Source of the DNA: Azolla caroliniana
Lineage: Eukaryota > Plantae > Polypodiophyta
Direction: 5' to 3'
Assembly (NCBI GenBank): GCA_043228905.1
Contig: JBHGNT010000005.1
Coordinates: 16,740,001-16,804,000, forward strand
Length of the DNA stretch: 64,000 nucleotides
The notes below the pieces were generated by a model. That model was not told the origin of the DNA and made no database searches. It saw only the letters and a program-made list of their open reading frames with translations. The first letter of the stretch is position 1; every line of letters starts with the position of its first letter. Shown in pieces: positions 23,901-35,033 of the stretch. The translations under genes and the position numbers were made by a program.

Positions 23901-25297
23901 GGTGAGTCATATATGTTCTCACCTGTCCGGAGAGTTGTCAACCTAATGGATTGTCTAATACCATGTACTTGTGTTACTAGCTGATGACGAAATGATCTTT
24001 GGTGAGGGAGATACGAGTCCAAAACCTGATCGTGAAGACAAATTTATCACACTCCCAGGTACACGTCAAAAGCAGGTTTTTGAAAACAATGATTTAGACC
24101 ATAACAACCATATGATAACGGTGCTTTCGGTGCATTCTATAGATCATAACAACCCTGTTGAGCACTTAGATGTTGTGGAGAAGATGACCACGCCTACCAC
24201 TTGCAATGGGGTATCTATGGCTGTACAGTATGACGATGTAACAATAGGTAAAAATGTGGCTCTTAACCCTATGTTCATTGTTGTTGGTATGTTTGCAAAC
24301 TTTTGAGTATGTGAGTTGATACTAATATTCTTTGGAATTCCATTATTTAGGTTTACAAGAGCAGTCCAATTCCCAATTGCAATCAAATGAATCAGGAACT
24401 ATATGGAGCACAAGTGCAGAGTCAGATTTTGGGATTAACCTTTGCACGGAGGCAGACTCTAGAAGCACATCTTCCACACATGAGGACTGTGAGAAAAACA
24501 AAGCATTCATATTTGAAGAGCAGCTGGCATGTACAAACAACAATTTGTCTAAAGAAACCCATGAGGAGTGTGGAAAGAATATGGCAAGTACTGAAGAGAA
24601 GATTGATTGTACTGAGAATGTATTTGTAGTGTCTAAAGATTCCCATGAGGAGTGTGGAAAGAACATTGTTAGTACGGAAGAGGAGCCTGATTGTATTGAG
24701 AATGTGCTAGTAGTGTCTAAAGAATCCCATCAGGATTGTGGAAAGAACATCGTTACTAATGAAGGGGAGCCTACTAGCATGACCCGTGAGGACCAAGAAA
24801 TAAAGACCACCCAAGAAGGGGAGCACGGTTCTCTTAAGAATGAGGTGACAGCCACCGTACAAGAGGAGTTGACCCAAGAAGGAGAGCACAATGGTCTTAA
24901 GAATGAGGTGACTATCACCAGCCAAGAGTTCGCCAGGAGTATTGTTATAGCCCACATACAAGAGCCTAATTGTACTGAGACTGAGCATACTAGCAACAAC
25001 ATGAGTACTAAAACAGCCCACATTCAGGAGATGAGTGATAATTTTTCTATCGATAGTACCTTTGTGGATGTGTGTACAAGCATTGCAGTTGCAGAAACCA
25101 TAGTTGCTCTCTCAAGCTTGCCACTAGTACAAGGTGCTCGTGCATCCACGCTTGTCTCTGATGCCTCTGATGATGAAGTGCCACTTAGTCAGCTGATACC
25201 TAAAGGCTTTAAGATAAAGAAGAATGTAAAATCAGAAAAAACTGGCACCAACAACAAGCGCATTACAAGATCAACGAAATTGCCCTCTAGTGCTTGA
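20998..25297 (+). pseudogene. Multi-exon cargo gene: acidic region, unknown domain, coiled coil, RING-H2-like finger, repetitive acidic tail
   Basis: Fragments 21276-21770 (..FARAFACEVQGGIDVDWEDF, coiled coil), ~22120-22306 (CIFC..PCLHTYHVLC..FMDC) and 24332-25297 (three 28-aa repeats, DDEVPLSQL, basic end). Exon boundaries are approximate. Confidence 0.6.
22530..23445. repeat. AGTAC-rich tandem array, ~52-bp unit, probably intronic
   Basis: Unit GTAGTACATTGTTCATGATTAGTACTACTTGTGTAAATTGGGAACTAAGTGA, about 9 clear copies at 22960-23445 plus degenerate copies upstream. Confidence 0.85.
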
Positions 25298-26390
25298 TTG
25301 TCTTTCGATTGTACTTGAACTTTAGCTGAACTGTTAGTGATGTTTGAAATTGAACTATTTGGTATACCAAAATACTATCTCATTTATCTGAAATAGTTAT
25401 ACCAGTGTCTTTCGATTGTCTTTCAATTGTACTTGAACTTTAGAACTATTAGTGATGTCTGAAATTGAACTATTTGGTATACCAAAATCCAGTAGTTATA
25501 CCAGTGTGAAATTCTATATTGCCAATTGCAGAGAATGAAAATGTATTCTATTGTTAACTCTGAAATGCTATGAAGATTAGATCACTCATCTAGTGTTGTA
25601 GTGTAATCTGAATTTCTATATTGCTAATTCTAAAATGATCTTTGGTGAGGGAGGTACAAATTTATCACACTCCCAGGTACACTCCCATGTAGCCATGATT
25701 GTGTTGATTACAAATAAAATTCTATATTGTTAACTGAGATGTTATATACAGTTTGTTATACCAGATAAAGATTTAGAAGACTGGTATATACTGTCATGCA
25801 ACTGAACTTTACATCAGATGTATGTATCCGTCTAACGGAGATACTTTGGGAGACTACTATGTATTACTTAATTCTTGCAATTGACATTGGGAGATTGCTA
25901 TGTAATACTTAATACTTGCAATTGACATTAGTACTAAACTAATATGTATATTGATACTTGCGAAGTATGGTCTCCTTGAGTGCACATGATTAGAGTTGAA
26001 TAATGAGTTGAGTGCACACAATAGAGACTTGATAGTTGAATAAGTTTGGGCCATATTTAGGCTACTAAGTATTCAAGACTTCACACCTTAAACCATAGAA
26101 ACAAGCAACTCTATAATTACCATAAACACTGACAATACAAAAGTATTGAAGACTTCACACCTTAAACCATGGAAACAAGCAACTCTATAATTATCATAAA
26201 CACTTACAATACAAGCTCAATAAATAGTCTCAATACATCAAATATATCGATTCATAATACATAATAGAAGAAAGACGAAATATATCGATTCATTTGTCAA
26301 TCATCAAAATTAATATATCAATACATCAAATAGTGAACTACAAGTGGATGTTTTTCAGTTTTTTGGTACAATGTATTGATAGGGTGACTT

Positions 26391-29300
26391 TCAAGCATTA
26401 AATAGAGAGACCTCCCCTAATATGTGCTCATGAACCTCTTGGGGGACCTTGTAGACTGTGTTGTATCTCTTAACCTTGTGCTTTGCTTGAGTCATATTGA
26501 ATTTGATCACAAGAATGGCATCAATGTAGATTATTGCGATCGGTGCTTCTTTTAGTAATGCATATGTGTTCCTGCACTGCGGCAACTTTGCATAATAGTT
26601 TCCATATACGACAGACTCACCAAGGTTGAAATTGTTGCCCTAGCCATCCCTCACCACTTCTTTCAATAATGTCTTGCCTTGCTTGCACACCACAATGTAG
26701 TAATCTTCTAAATCTTCATTCTGAGGAGATTTGAGCACTGCATAATGATCTCCAACTTCCAATAAAACTGCCAAGTCTTGATGTTGGTTGTAGTATACGA
26801 TATCGTTTGAATGCGCATCCTCTTCAATATCATCTTGTCATTCAGGCTCAAGCTTCTACAGCTTCTAGGGTTCGACGATTGATAGGTTGATGCATTTATC
26901 CCAAGCTTCATCTATACACATGGAACAAAAGCATGATAAAGTATGGAGTAACAATTGTGTTGTGTCCTTGCGGCTAAACGCTAATACACAATGGGTGCTG
27001 CATGTGCCTTTCACAGTTTTACAACCATATGATTTAGTTCTATCAACCTCATCAGTGCGAACTTCAACAAACAATCTGTTCTTACCATCATTTGACATCT
27101 TTCATGTTAGCCACTGCACAACATCATGTGCATTTTGTAACTTAGCACCATTATTATCCAACTGCTCACTTGTAAGGGCACGTTTGATCACAACCCCTGC
27201 GCCATCATGCTCTCGTTTTCCATGTCTAGACCTGAAGTAGTTCCATTGCATACGAATGTTGAATAAGGAGAAATACCTGCTTTTGTATCTCAAGTTTCCA
27301 ACAAAATTAGTACTATGTTGTCAATCGAGAGTACTACACATCCATAAATACTAATTTAGTACAAATACAAAACAAAGCATAGCACAACGTATCCATTGAG
27401 AACACTCTACACTTATTAAAAGATAAATAGTACTATGTTGTCAACCATGTGAACTTGGCATCCATTAATACTAATTTAGTATAGATACAGCACAAAGCAT
27501 AGTACAATGAATTCATGGAAAGCATTCTACATGAATTAACAGATAAATAGTACAAACTCTTCAATATCGGATAATACTATGTTGCTGACGATGAGTACAA
27601 TTAATACTGATTTAGTACAGATACAATACACAATACAGTACAATGTGTCCACGGAGAACACAACCCTCCTTAGAAGATAATTAGTACTAAAACACATGTA
27701 CTTTACATCCCCCAATAAACACTGATTTAGTATAGATACAACACATAGTACAATACAGTGTGTTCATGGAGAACACTCAGCATGGATTAATAGATAATTA
27801 GTACAAACTCTTCAATATAAGACAATACTATGAGTACAAGACATGTACTTTACATCTTCCGATAATTACTGATTTAGTATAGATACAACACCAAGTACAA
27901 TACAGTGTGTTCATGGAGAACACTGAACATTGATTAATAGATAATTAATACAAACTCTTCAATCTAGGACAGTACTATGAGTAAAAGACATGTACTTTAC
28001 ATCCTTCGATAATTACTGATTTAGTACAGATACAACACACAATACGATACAGTGTCCATGGAAAACCCTCAACCTGGATTAAAAGATAATTAGTACAATT
28101 CTCTTAAGGACGGACAATACTATGAGTACAAGATGAGTAAATACTGATTTAGTACAAATACAACACACAACATAGTACAATGTGTCGATGGAGAACACTT
28201 CACATGGATTAAAAGATGATTAGTACAATTCTCTTAAGGACGGACAATACTATGAGTACAAGACGAGTACTTTACATCCTTCAGTAAATACTGATTTAGT
28301 ACAGATACAACAAACAACATAGTACAATGTGTCTATGGAGAACACTTCACATGGATTAAAAGATAATTAGTACAATTCTCTTAAGGACGGACAATACTAT
28401 GAGTACAAGACGAGTACTTTACATCCTTCTGTAAACACAACATAGTACAGATACAACACACAACATAGTACAATGTGTCTATGGAGAACACTTCACATGG
28501 ATTAAAAGATAATTAGTACAATTCTCTTAAGGACGGACAATACTATGAGTAGAAGACGAGTACTTTACATCCTTCTGTAAATACTGATTTAGTACAAATA
28601 CAACACACAACATAGTATAATGTGTCTATGGAGAACACTTCACATGGATTAAAGATAATTAGTACAATTCTCTTAAGGACGGACAATACTATAGAGTACA
28701 ATAAGAGTACTTTACATCTTTCAGTAAATACTGATTTAGTAAAGATACAACACACAACATAGTACACTTTGTCTATGGAGAACACTTCACATGGATTAAA
28801 AGATAATAAACACAAATTCACGTGATAGGATAGTACTATTTGATCAATCAAGAACAGTTAACTTAGTTACAAACAAAATTAGTATGCATGCATCCATGTG
28901 AATAGTGCTATGTTCGAATAGTTACAAACATAATTAGTATGCATCCATGTGAATAGTATTGTGTGTGAATAGTTACAAACATAATTAGTATGCATGCACT
29001 AACACAAGAATTACTTCCTTACACATTGCATGATAAGTACTCAACATATGGATTAAAACTTACATGGCGATAAAGTAGAACAATCATGCCGCCTTAAACT
29101 GCGAGGCAACACCATCAGACCAAACCCAATGACGGTTAAAGGTTAACCCTAGAGACAATAAGTCTGCATGGTGAAGCTTAAATCAATGTTGAACAAATAG
29201 TGTATCATGCTTTTTATCATCTGAAATGTAAAATATTGATTTCTTATGTAACTCATCATCTTGCCTCCAATAGCAAATATGTACAAGTATTGTACATTGA

Positions 29301-30732
29301 TCATTGTACCAATGCATTGATTGAACCTCATTTTGAACTTTAAATGTATAGTTTTCTGCAAAGTCAATAATGGATATGATGACACCCGTTGGTAAGTTAT
29401 TAATACATTCCTTGAACTGTGAATTTTTCCAATAACTTTAGAAGTTATGTGGAATGAACTCCCCAAGTTGTTTCTTAAATTCTGAGACAAGGGTAGCAGC
29501 ACATGTCTACTTATATACTTCCTTGATATGCTTAGTTACAAGTCCCTTGCCAATATTTTCAGTCACATACTCTAAATATTTCCATTTCACGATATGGCTG
29601 TTTCCCAAATCAAGCTCCTACCTACAAAATAATGGTAGCGGATAAACCTTACATGTTCTTAATAGACATGTACAATGATGCCACTCACATGATGGTTCTT
29701 TTTCACAAACACAAGACCTCCATAGCTCAGAAACGGATGCATAAGTCATGTTTCGTGCATTACACCTATTATCCTCCCCATTTGGTCTACAAACCTCACA
29801 AGTGCAGACACATAATTCCCCGTGTATACTCTTAGAATCAGTACGCATTGCATTCACTCCTAGCCTTAACATGTCCATCTTCACGTGGTACACACAACAA
29901 CATGTATTCCTCTCATTTAATTTTCTAACATAAAATGGTTTCAAACCTTGGAACTTGCGGAATCCAACAGTTAAGCTTGGATGTTGGTCTTTAAAGTTCA
30001 TGTACAATTCAGCCTACATCAACCAATATATATAGCAAAAATTAATATACAGTTGGTCAAAACACAAATTTATGGAATGTGAATTGATATAAAAGAATGG
30101 AATACCTCTGTCATCACCAAGAAGTGTCTAGGGTGAATCTGGTACTTACCCTGACTTATTCGTTGTCTACACACGTCCTTCTTATTTGGTGAGACACGCG
30201 TATTTTTGGCCCAAAATGAATCCACTTTCTCAATAATCTCTTGAGATAAGGCATCACATCGTCGTCTACGTCCCAACCCCATCCACTTGAATTGGCTTGA
30301 GTGTATATTTCGGCGATGTTTCCTCAAGTTCCTTCTTTGAATACCCAAGGCTAAGGCAACTTTAGTATCACTATATTTTCTTTCTCTCACATCGTTCACA
30401 ACCATGTGTAGGGCTGCCCTCTTTGCAACAAGTTTGTCTATGCTCTCTACACCTTTCACTAAGTCTAGGGATGACTTCATAGACTCTACAATCTCTTCTG
30501 AAACACATTGGTCCCTAAATTTTATTCTCTCCATGTGTTCATTAAAATGTTGATGGTGTAACACTCTACATATAATATCCCTACGATCCTCTTCACTAAA
30601 TCTCTTCGTTATTTCTACCAAATAACGGACTATGTGAAGAACCACTCGTCTCTTGGTCCTTTCAAATATACATGAGTTACTTGACAACTCACTCTCGTTG
30701 GGGACCCCCATTTGGTCACTAGATTTATCCAA
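26391..30732 (-). pseudogene. Sola2-type DDE transposase, spliced, with stops
   Basis: RVSPNKKD; F..LKPFYVR..ERNTCCCVYH; HWVWSDGVASQFK (~29095-29135); WNYFRSRHGKREHDGAGVVIKR; SCFCSMC. Introns at ~30105-30014 and ~29063-27277. Confidence 0.85.
27310..28830. repeat. ~147-bp tandem satellite, about 10 copies, inside the transposase intron
   Basis: The TACATC landmark recurs at 27704, 27851, 27998, 28273, 28420, 28566 and 28713. Confidence 0.9.
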
Positions 30733-30869
30733 AAAAGTTAAGTGTCCGGTGAGAGTAGTTAATGTTATATAGACTACACTAAGAAAACACAGTCAAATGT
30801 TTTTAAATGTGGCCTGCAAAGTGAGAAATAATTCGTTTCGAACATTAGAATTACGGATCAAATTTGACA

Positions 30870-31320
30870 ATTGTAAAATCTAAAAATTTAGTACTGAAAA
30901 ATGAAGAAATGAAAACTTTTAGTCCTGAAAATAAAAAAATGGATGGAAGGAACCTCGAATGGTGGCGGGAGCGTTGATTTGTTGGAAGGAACCTCCAATG
31001 GCGGAAGCACGATGTACAAATTTGACAATTATAAAATCTAAAAATTTAGTAATGAAAAATGAAGGAATGAAAAAAATTTGTCCTGGAAATAATAAAAATG
31101 GATGGAAGGAACCTCCAATGGTGGCGGGAGCGTTGATTCTGTGTGATATGCCACCTCATTTTGCTGGAAGGAACGTCCAATGGTGGAGGGCGCCTTGAAT
31201 CTCTGTGATATGCCGCCTTGATTTAGTGGAAGGAACCTCCAATTGTGGAGGGCACCTTGAATCTTTGTGATATGCTGCCTGGATTCGGTGGAAGAATCCT
31301 CACCTCGATGGAAAAAGTCC
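30870..31320. repeat. Subterminal/promoter repeats of the Sola2-like element
   Basis: About 6 copies of GGAAGGAACCTCCAATGGTGG-like units plus a duplicated AT-rich block. Confidence 0.7.
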
Positions 31321-31901
31321 CAAATCACCACGACATAAACTGCAATCAGTGGAAGTAAGAAAGTCATTGTCGAAGAAGTCACTATTGGCCGTTATAAGAG
31401 GCCTCAGAACAATCTCTGTTCCTCAACCTAAACCCTAACAAAAACAGAAACCCTAAAAAAACCAGAAATCCTCAACTCAAAAGCTCCAACTTGACATGGA
31501 TGTCTGAGATTTGCTCCCTAAATCCTAACAAAACTCTTAGATTGGAGGAAAAGCGGAAACGTGACATGGATGTCTGAGATGAAGGGCTCAGAGGGATAGA
31601 GGAAGAGGAGTATGAGGGGAATCACCAAAAACGACGTGAGGGAAGCGCCAAAATCGACGTGAGGGGAAAATAGCCCCCAAATGGAAAGAACATCTCCTCA
31701 CGTGTTCCCCCCACTCCTTGTAGTAAATGACACTTGTACTACAGTCACCCCACTCTCCAAAATTTTATTTATTTTTTGAATTACTCAGTACTAACAGTAT
31801 CGAAAGTACTGACAATTTTTGTGGCCTAAAATAGTACTTTTTTGGTACACTATAGCGTGCTTCCACCCATAACTTAAAGAGCTCTGTGTGGACCTTAAGC
31901 C

Positions 31902-34662
31902 ATGAGTGAAGACTCATCGTTCTCGATTGAAGAATATTGTTTGTCATTAGACTCTTCGTTTTCTACCAAAGAGTATTGTTTGTCGACAGACTCACCATTT
32001 TCTATTGAAGAATATTGTCTGTCGATAGACTCACCATATTCTATCGAAGAGTATTGTCTGAGCTCATCTTCACCTACAACGAATGTGAATATTGACACGT
32101 GTGAAGAGTTATTTATTGAAGAATACAATATTAATAAAGATACGGAGAATGAAGGTAGTGTCAATGAAACATCGAATATCATGGGCAATGGTCACAACAA
32201 AGAATTGGATAGTAACAAGGTTACACCAACTTCTATGTAGGAAGAGAAATCTAGAAGCCCTATGCATATTAGAAGAATCCCACGAAGAATTCGTCTGGCT
32301 AGATTTAACTTGGTGACATTAGATAAACAGATTGGATTTGATGTCAAAAAAATATGATGTGCCCGTGGTTGTATGTCTATGATTGGAAAATCAAAGTTGC
32401 GAGAATTAAGGCGATACTATTTTTCGATGACTGGTGATGAGCAAGACACTTACCTCGGGTCACATATGCAACTGGTGTTTGATAAATGTATGGGGATCAA
32501 AGTATCATTTGAGTATTATATCTTCCATGCGCAACAGATATGTAGAGTTGCATTCAAAATTGTGTTATGTGTTAGTAACATGCGGCTACATAGAGTACAA
32601 CAACGTCTACTTAGCGGGGATCAGATGCTCAACTCTAAAGAGGTTCCAAGTATGAAAGGTGCAATTTGAAGACATGCTATTGGTTGGATGAAAAGTTACT
32701 TTCAGTTAAATTGTGAAGTAATGCCCACTACAGGTAGGATACACCTCTCTGATAATTACACATGTAGGGAAGTTTATGATGTCTATCGATATGATATGGT
32801 GGGCTCACGTAATAAGTCTGTTACATATAGCCAATTCACAAGATTATGGAGAGCTTGGTTTTCAAATGTTATCATTCCACGTAAAGTACGCATGGGGTAT
32901 TGCTCCATTTGTGCAAATCTTAAAAGTTTGGCTAAAGGTGCAAAGACATCAATGGAAAAGGATATGAGTAAGAAGTTACTACAAGCGCATCGTGAGGCAC
33001 AATCGTTAGAATGAAAGAAGGCGATGCATCATAGAGAGAAGTGTTTGAAGAGGCTCAAACAATACATGTGCTTAATGATAGATGGCATGGACCAGAAGAA
33101 GACGTGCTTGCCGCATATGCGGAGGCTCCCCAAAGACGTCAATGATGAGTGCCTCGTTCAAATGCACTTGGTGGGATGCTTGACTTATAATAGGTCTGTT
33201 GGACCTCACGTCTTCATTACATACCCCAATGTTCACAATGACCCTAACCTAACAGTTACAGTGATTCACCGAGTTTTGATGTCTTGGGGCCAACCTTTCC
33301 CCCCTATTCTATACATTCAATTGGACAATACTGCTAGAGAGAACAAAAATTCAACTGTGTTTGGCTATCTAAGTATGTTGGTCAACCAAGGATTTTTTAG
33401 AAAAGTCAAAGTCAATTTTCTTTTGGTTGGCCACACACATGATCATATAGATCAGATGTTTAGCACATTCTCCAGACAGTTGTTTCGGCATGATGCTTTC
33501 ACATTACCTAAACTATTTGATGTCATTTGTGATGCATATACACCACGCCCAAAAGTGTTACACTTGAAGGAGGTATATGACTTTAAGAGATATATATCAG
33601 TGCTTGCCCAGTTAAACAATATAAGCTTCAATCACATTTTTATGATAAAGAAAAATGAAATAAGTGGTTCTACGCTTTTGTATGCTAAACAATATTCATC
33701 TTCTACAACATGGGAACCTGAAGGTGGTTGCCAGTTATTACTTTGTATGCCGAGTACAATTGTCCATGGAGCTAAGCAAATGCCAATTGAGAAGAAAGGA
33801 CAGTTTCAAAGTGACTTGGTATCGGAACAAAAACAGTTATGGCTCCAAGCCTTGGAAGAAAAAAGAAAGCATATTGAAGCCGCCAATGAATATGCCGCAC
33901 AACAAGACATGTCATGGCGGGATGTATTTTATAGTGATCAGAAAGGAATTATAGACAATTGTGTATTTGCTGATAATTGGAATTTGGAAACGCCATTCAC
34001 ATGGTCACTGCAACATGATCGTGTAAATAAAACTCTGGAGCAACCAACAAATGCGATTAATGACAGTTTGGTTCATCCACAACAAAGAGACATTTATGTG
34101 GGACCAAGGATGACCAAAGCAACCGAAGCTAGATGGCAAGGCAATTTGCAAGAGCTCACGACGGGGATGTTGATTGCAACGCCAGCTGATGAGAACTCAC
34201 ATGGCCACCAATTTTGGGTTGGTAAAATTCTAGAAGTGCTAATGCATGAAATAGAAAACACGATCAAGTCTATAAACGTTCATTGGTACAACAATAGAAG
34301 TGCAAATGCTTTTACAGGTAAGTATACATTGGAGATGATTGAATGCCCAACAAGAAGGGGAGGTAGGAAGAGGAAGCGAAACATTCGTAACACCTCGACC
34401 CTTGATATCTCTGATGTGGATATCATCATGTACGACTTAACGCTTACAAAAGACGAATGATTCAGGAAGTCAACAATAGATATAATAAAAGAAAAATTAC
34501 CAAGTCTGCAAGGTGGCTCGAGTCAAAGGCAAACAAGATCTGCTACTTATAAACTAGAGTCAAACATTTGGTTTATGACGAAGATAATGCACTGATTGGT
34601 ACATCCGAGGATGACAAGGAGGAATCGTCATTGTATATTAGTTATAGTAGTGATTCTCCGTA
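31902..34662 (+). pseudogene. Sola1/DUF7869-like DDE transposase, one intronless frame of ~900 codons broken by stops
   Basis: ORFs 31902, 32373, 32688 and 33024 are all in one frame. Motifs ICRVAF, MPTTG, F..W..F..PRK..CSIC, IDGMDQ, IQLDNTARENKN, FLLVGHTHDHIDQMFS. C-terminal Tudor/SH3-like FWVGKILEV..INVHWY. The 3' end is approximate. Confidence 0.82.
31911..32066 (+). repeat. 39-bp repeat x4 encoding DSSFSIEEYCLSx
   Basis: Visible in both the DNA and the translation of ORF 31902. Confidence 0.85.
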
Positions 34663-34995
34663 AAGGAGTGATCATGAATGTATTTTTGGCTATTAAGTAT
34701 AACTACATTCCGCTTGTAACAAATCAAGTAATATAAAAGCATGTGTTTTGAATTCTTATGATTTCTAAAAAATCCTTTCTTATAAAATAACATTGGTTGT
34801 AAAGTTTGTGATATAAATTGAGAATGTAACTTTTTGAAATTCCTCTTTTTTTAGTTACTTCTAAATCACGAAAATAGTGTATTTTTAACCTTTTTCATAG
34901 TATGTTTGAACATGTATGATACTAGTATCAATGTCTTTTGTAAAATCATTGAAAAATCCTAAAAATCAACCAAAACATTTCTTATCCTTTCATTT

Positions 34996-35032
34996 ATGCA
35001 CGATCCTTCCACTTGTGAACGCGAACATGTTA
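34996..35032 (+). repeat. 37-bp motif, copy 2; probable right terminus of the transposase-bearing element
   Basis: ATGCACGATCCTTCCACTTGTGAACGCGAACATGTTA(A). The sequence switches abruptly to Copia internal DNA after TTAA (35030-35033). Confidence 0.75.
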
Positions 35033-35033
35033 A

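Larger units (their letters stand above)
19851..31868 (-). mobile_element. Sola2-like DNA transposon, 12,018 bp, with cargo gene
   Basis: 27-bp imperfect TIRs starting GGG (19851-19877 and 31842-31868, 22/27 match). 4-bp TSD ATAA at 19847-19850 and 31869-31872. Encodes a Sola2-type transposase. Confidence 0.85.

Noticed and set aside
25310-26300. Short local duplications between the convergent Sola2 genes (including a partial copy of ~23990-24065 at ~25634-25685)
   Set aside because: These look like slippage or filler duplications with no evident function.
22530-28830. CRISPR-like arrays
   Set aside because: The units are whole tandem duplications without unique spacers; there are no cas genes and the context is eukaryotic introns.
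19743-35032. Replitron or Helitron, because of the direct repeats
   Set aside because: The enclosed protein has DDE-type motifs and no HUH/Y motifs or helicase.
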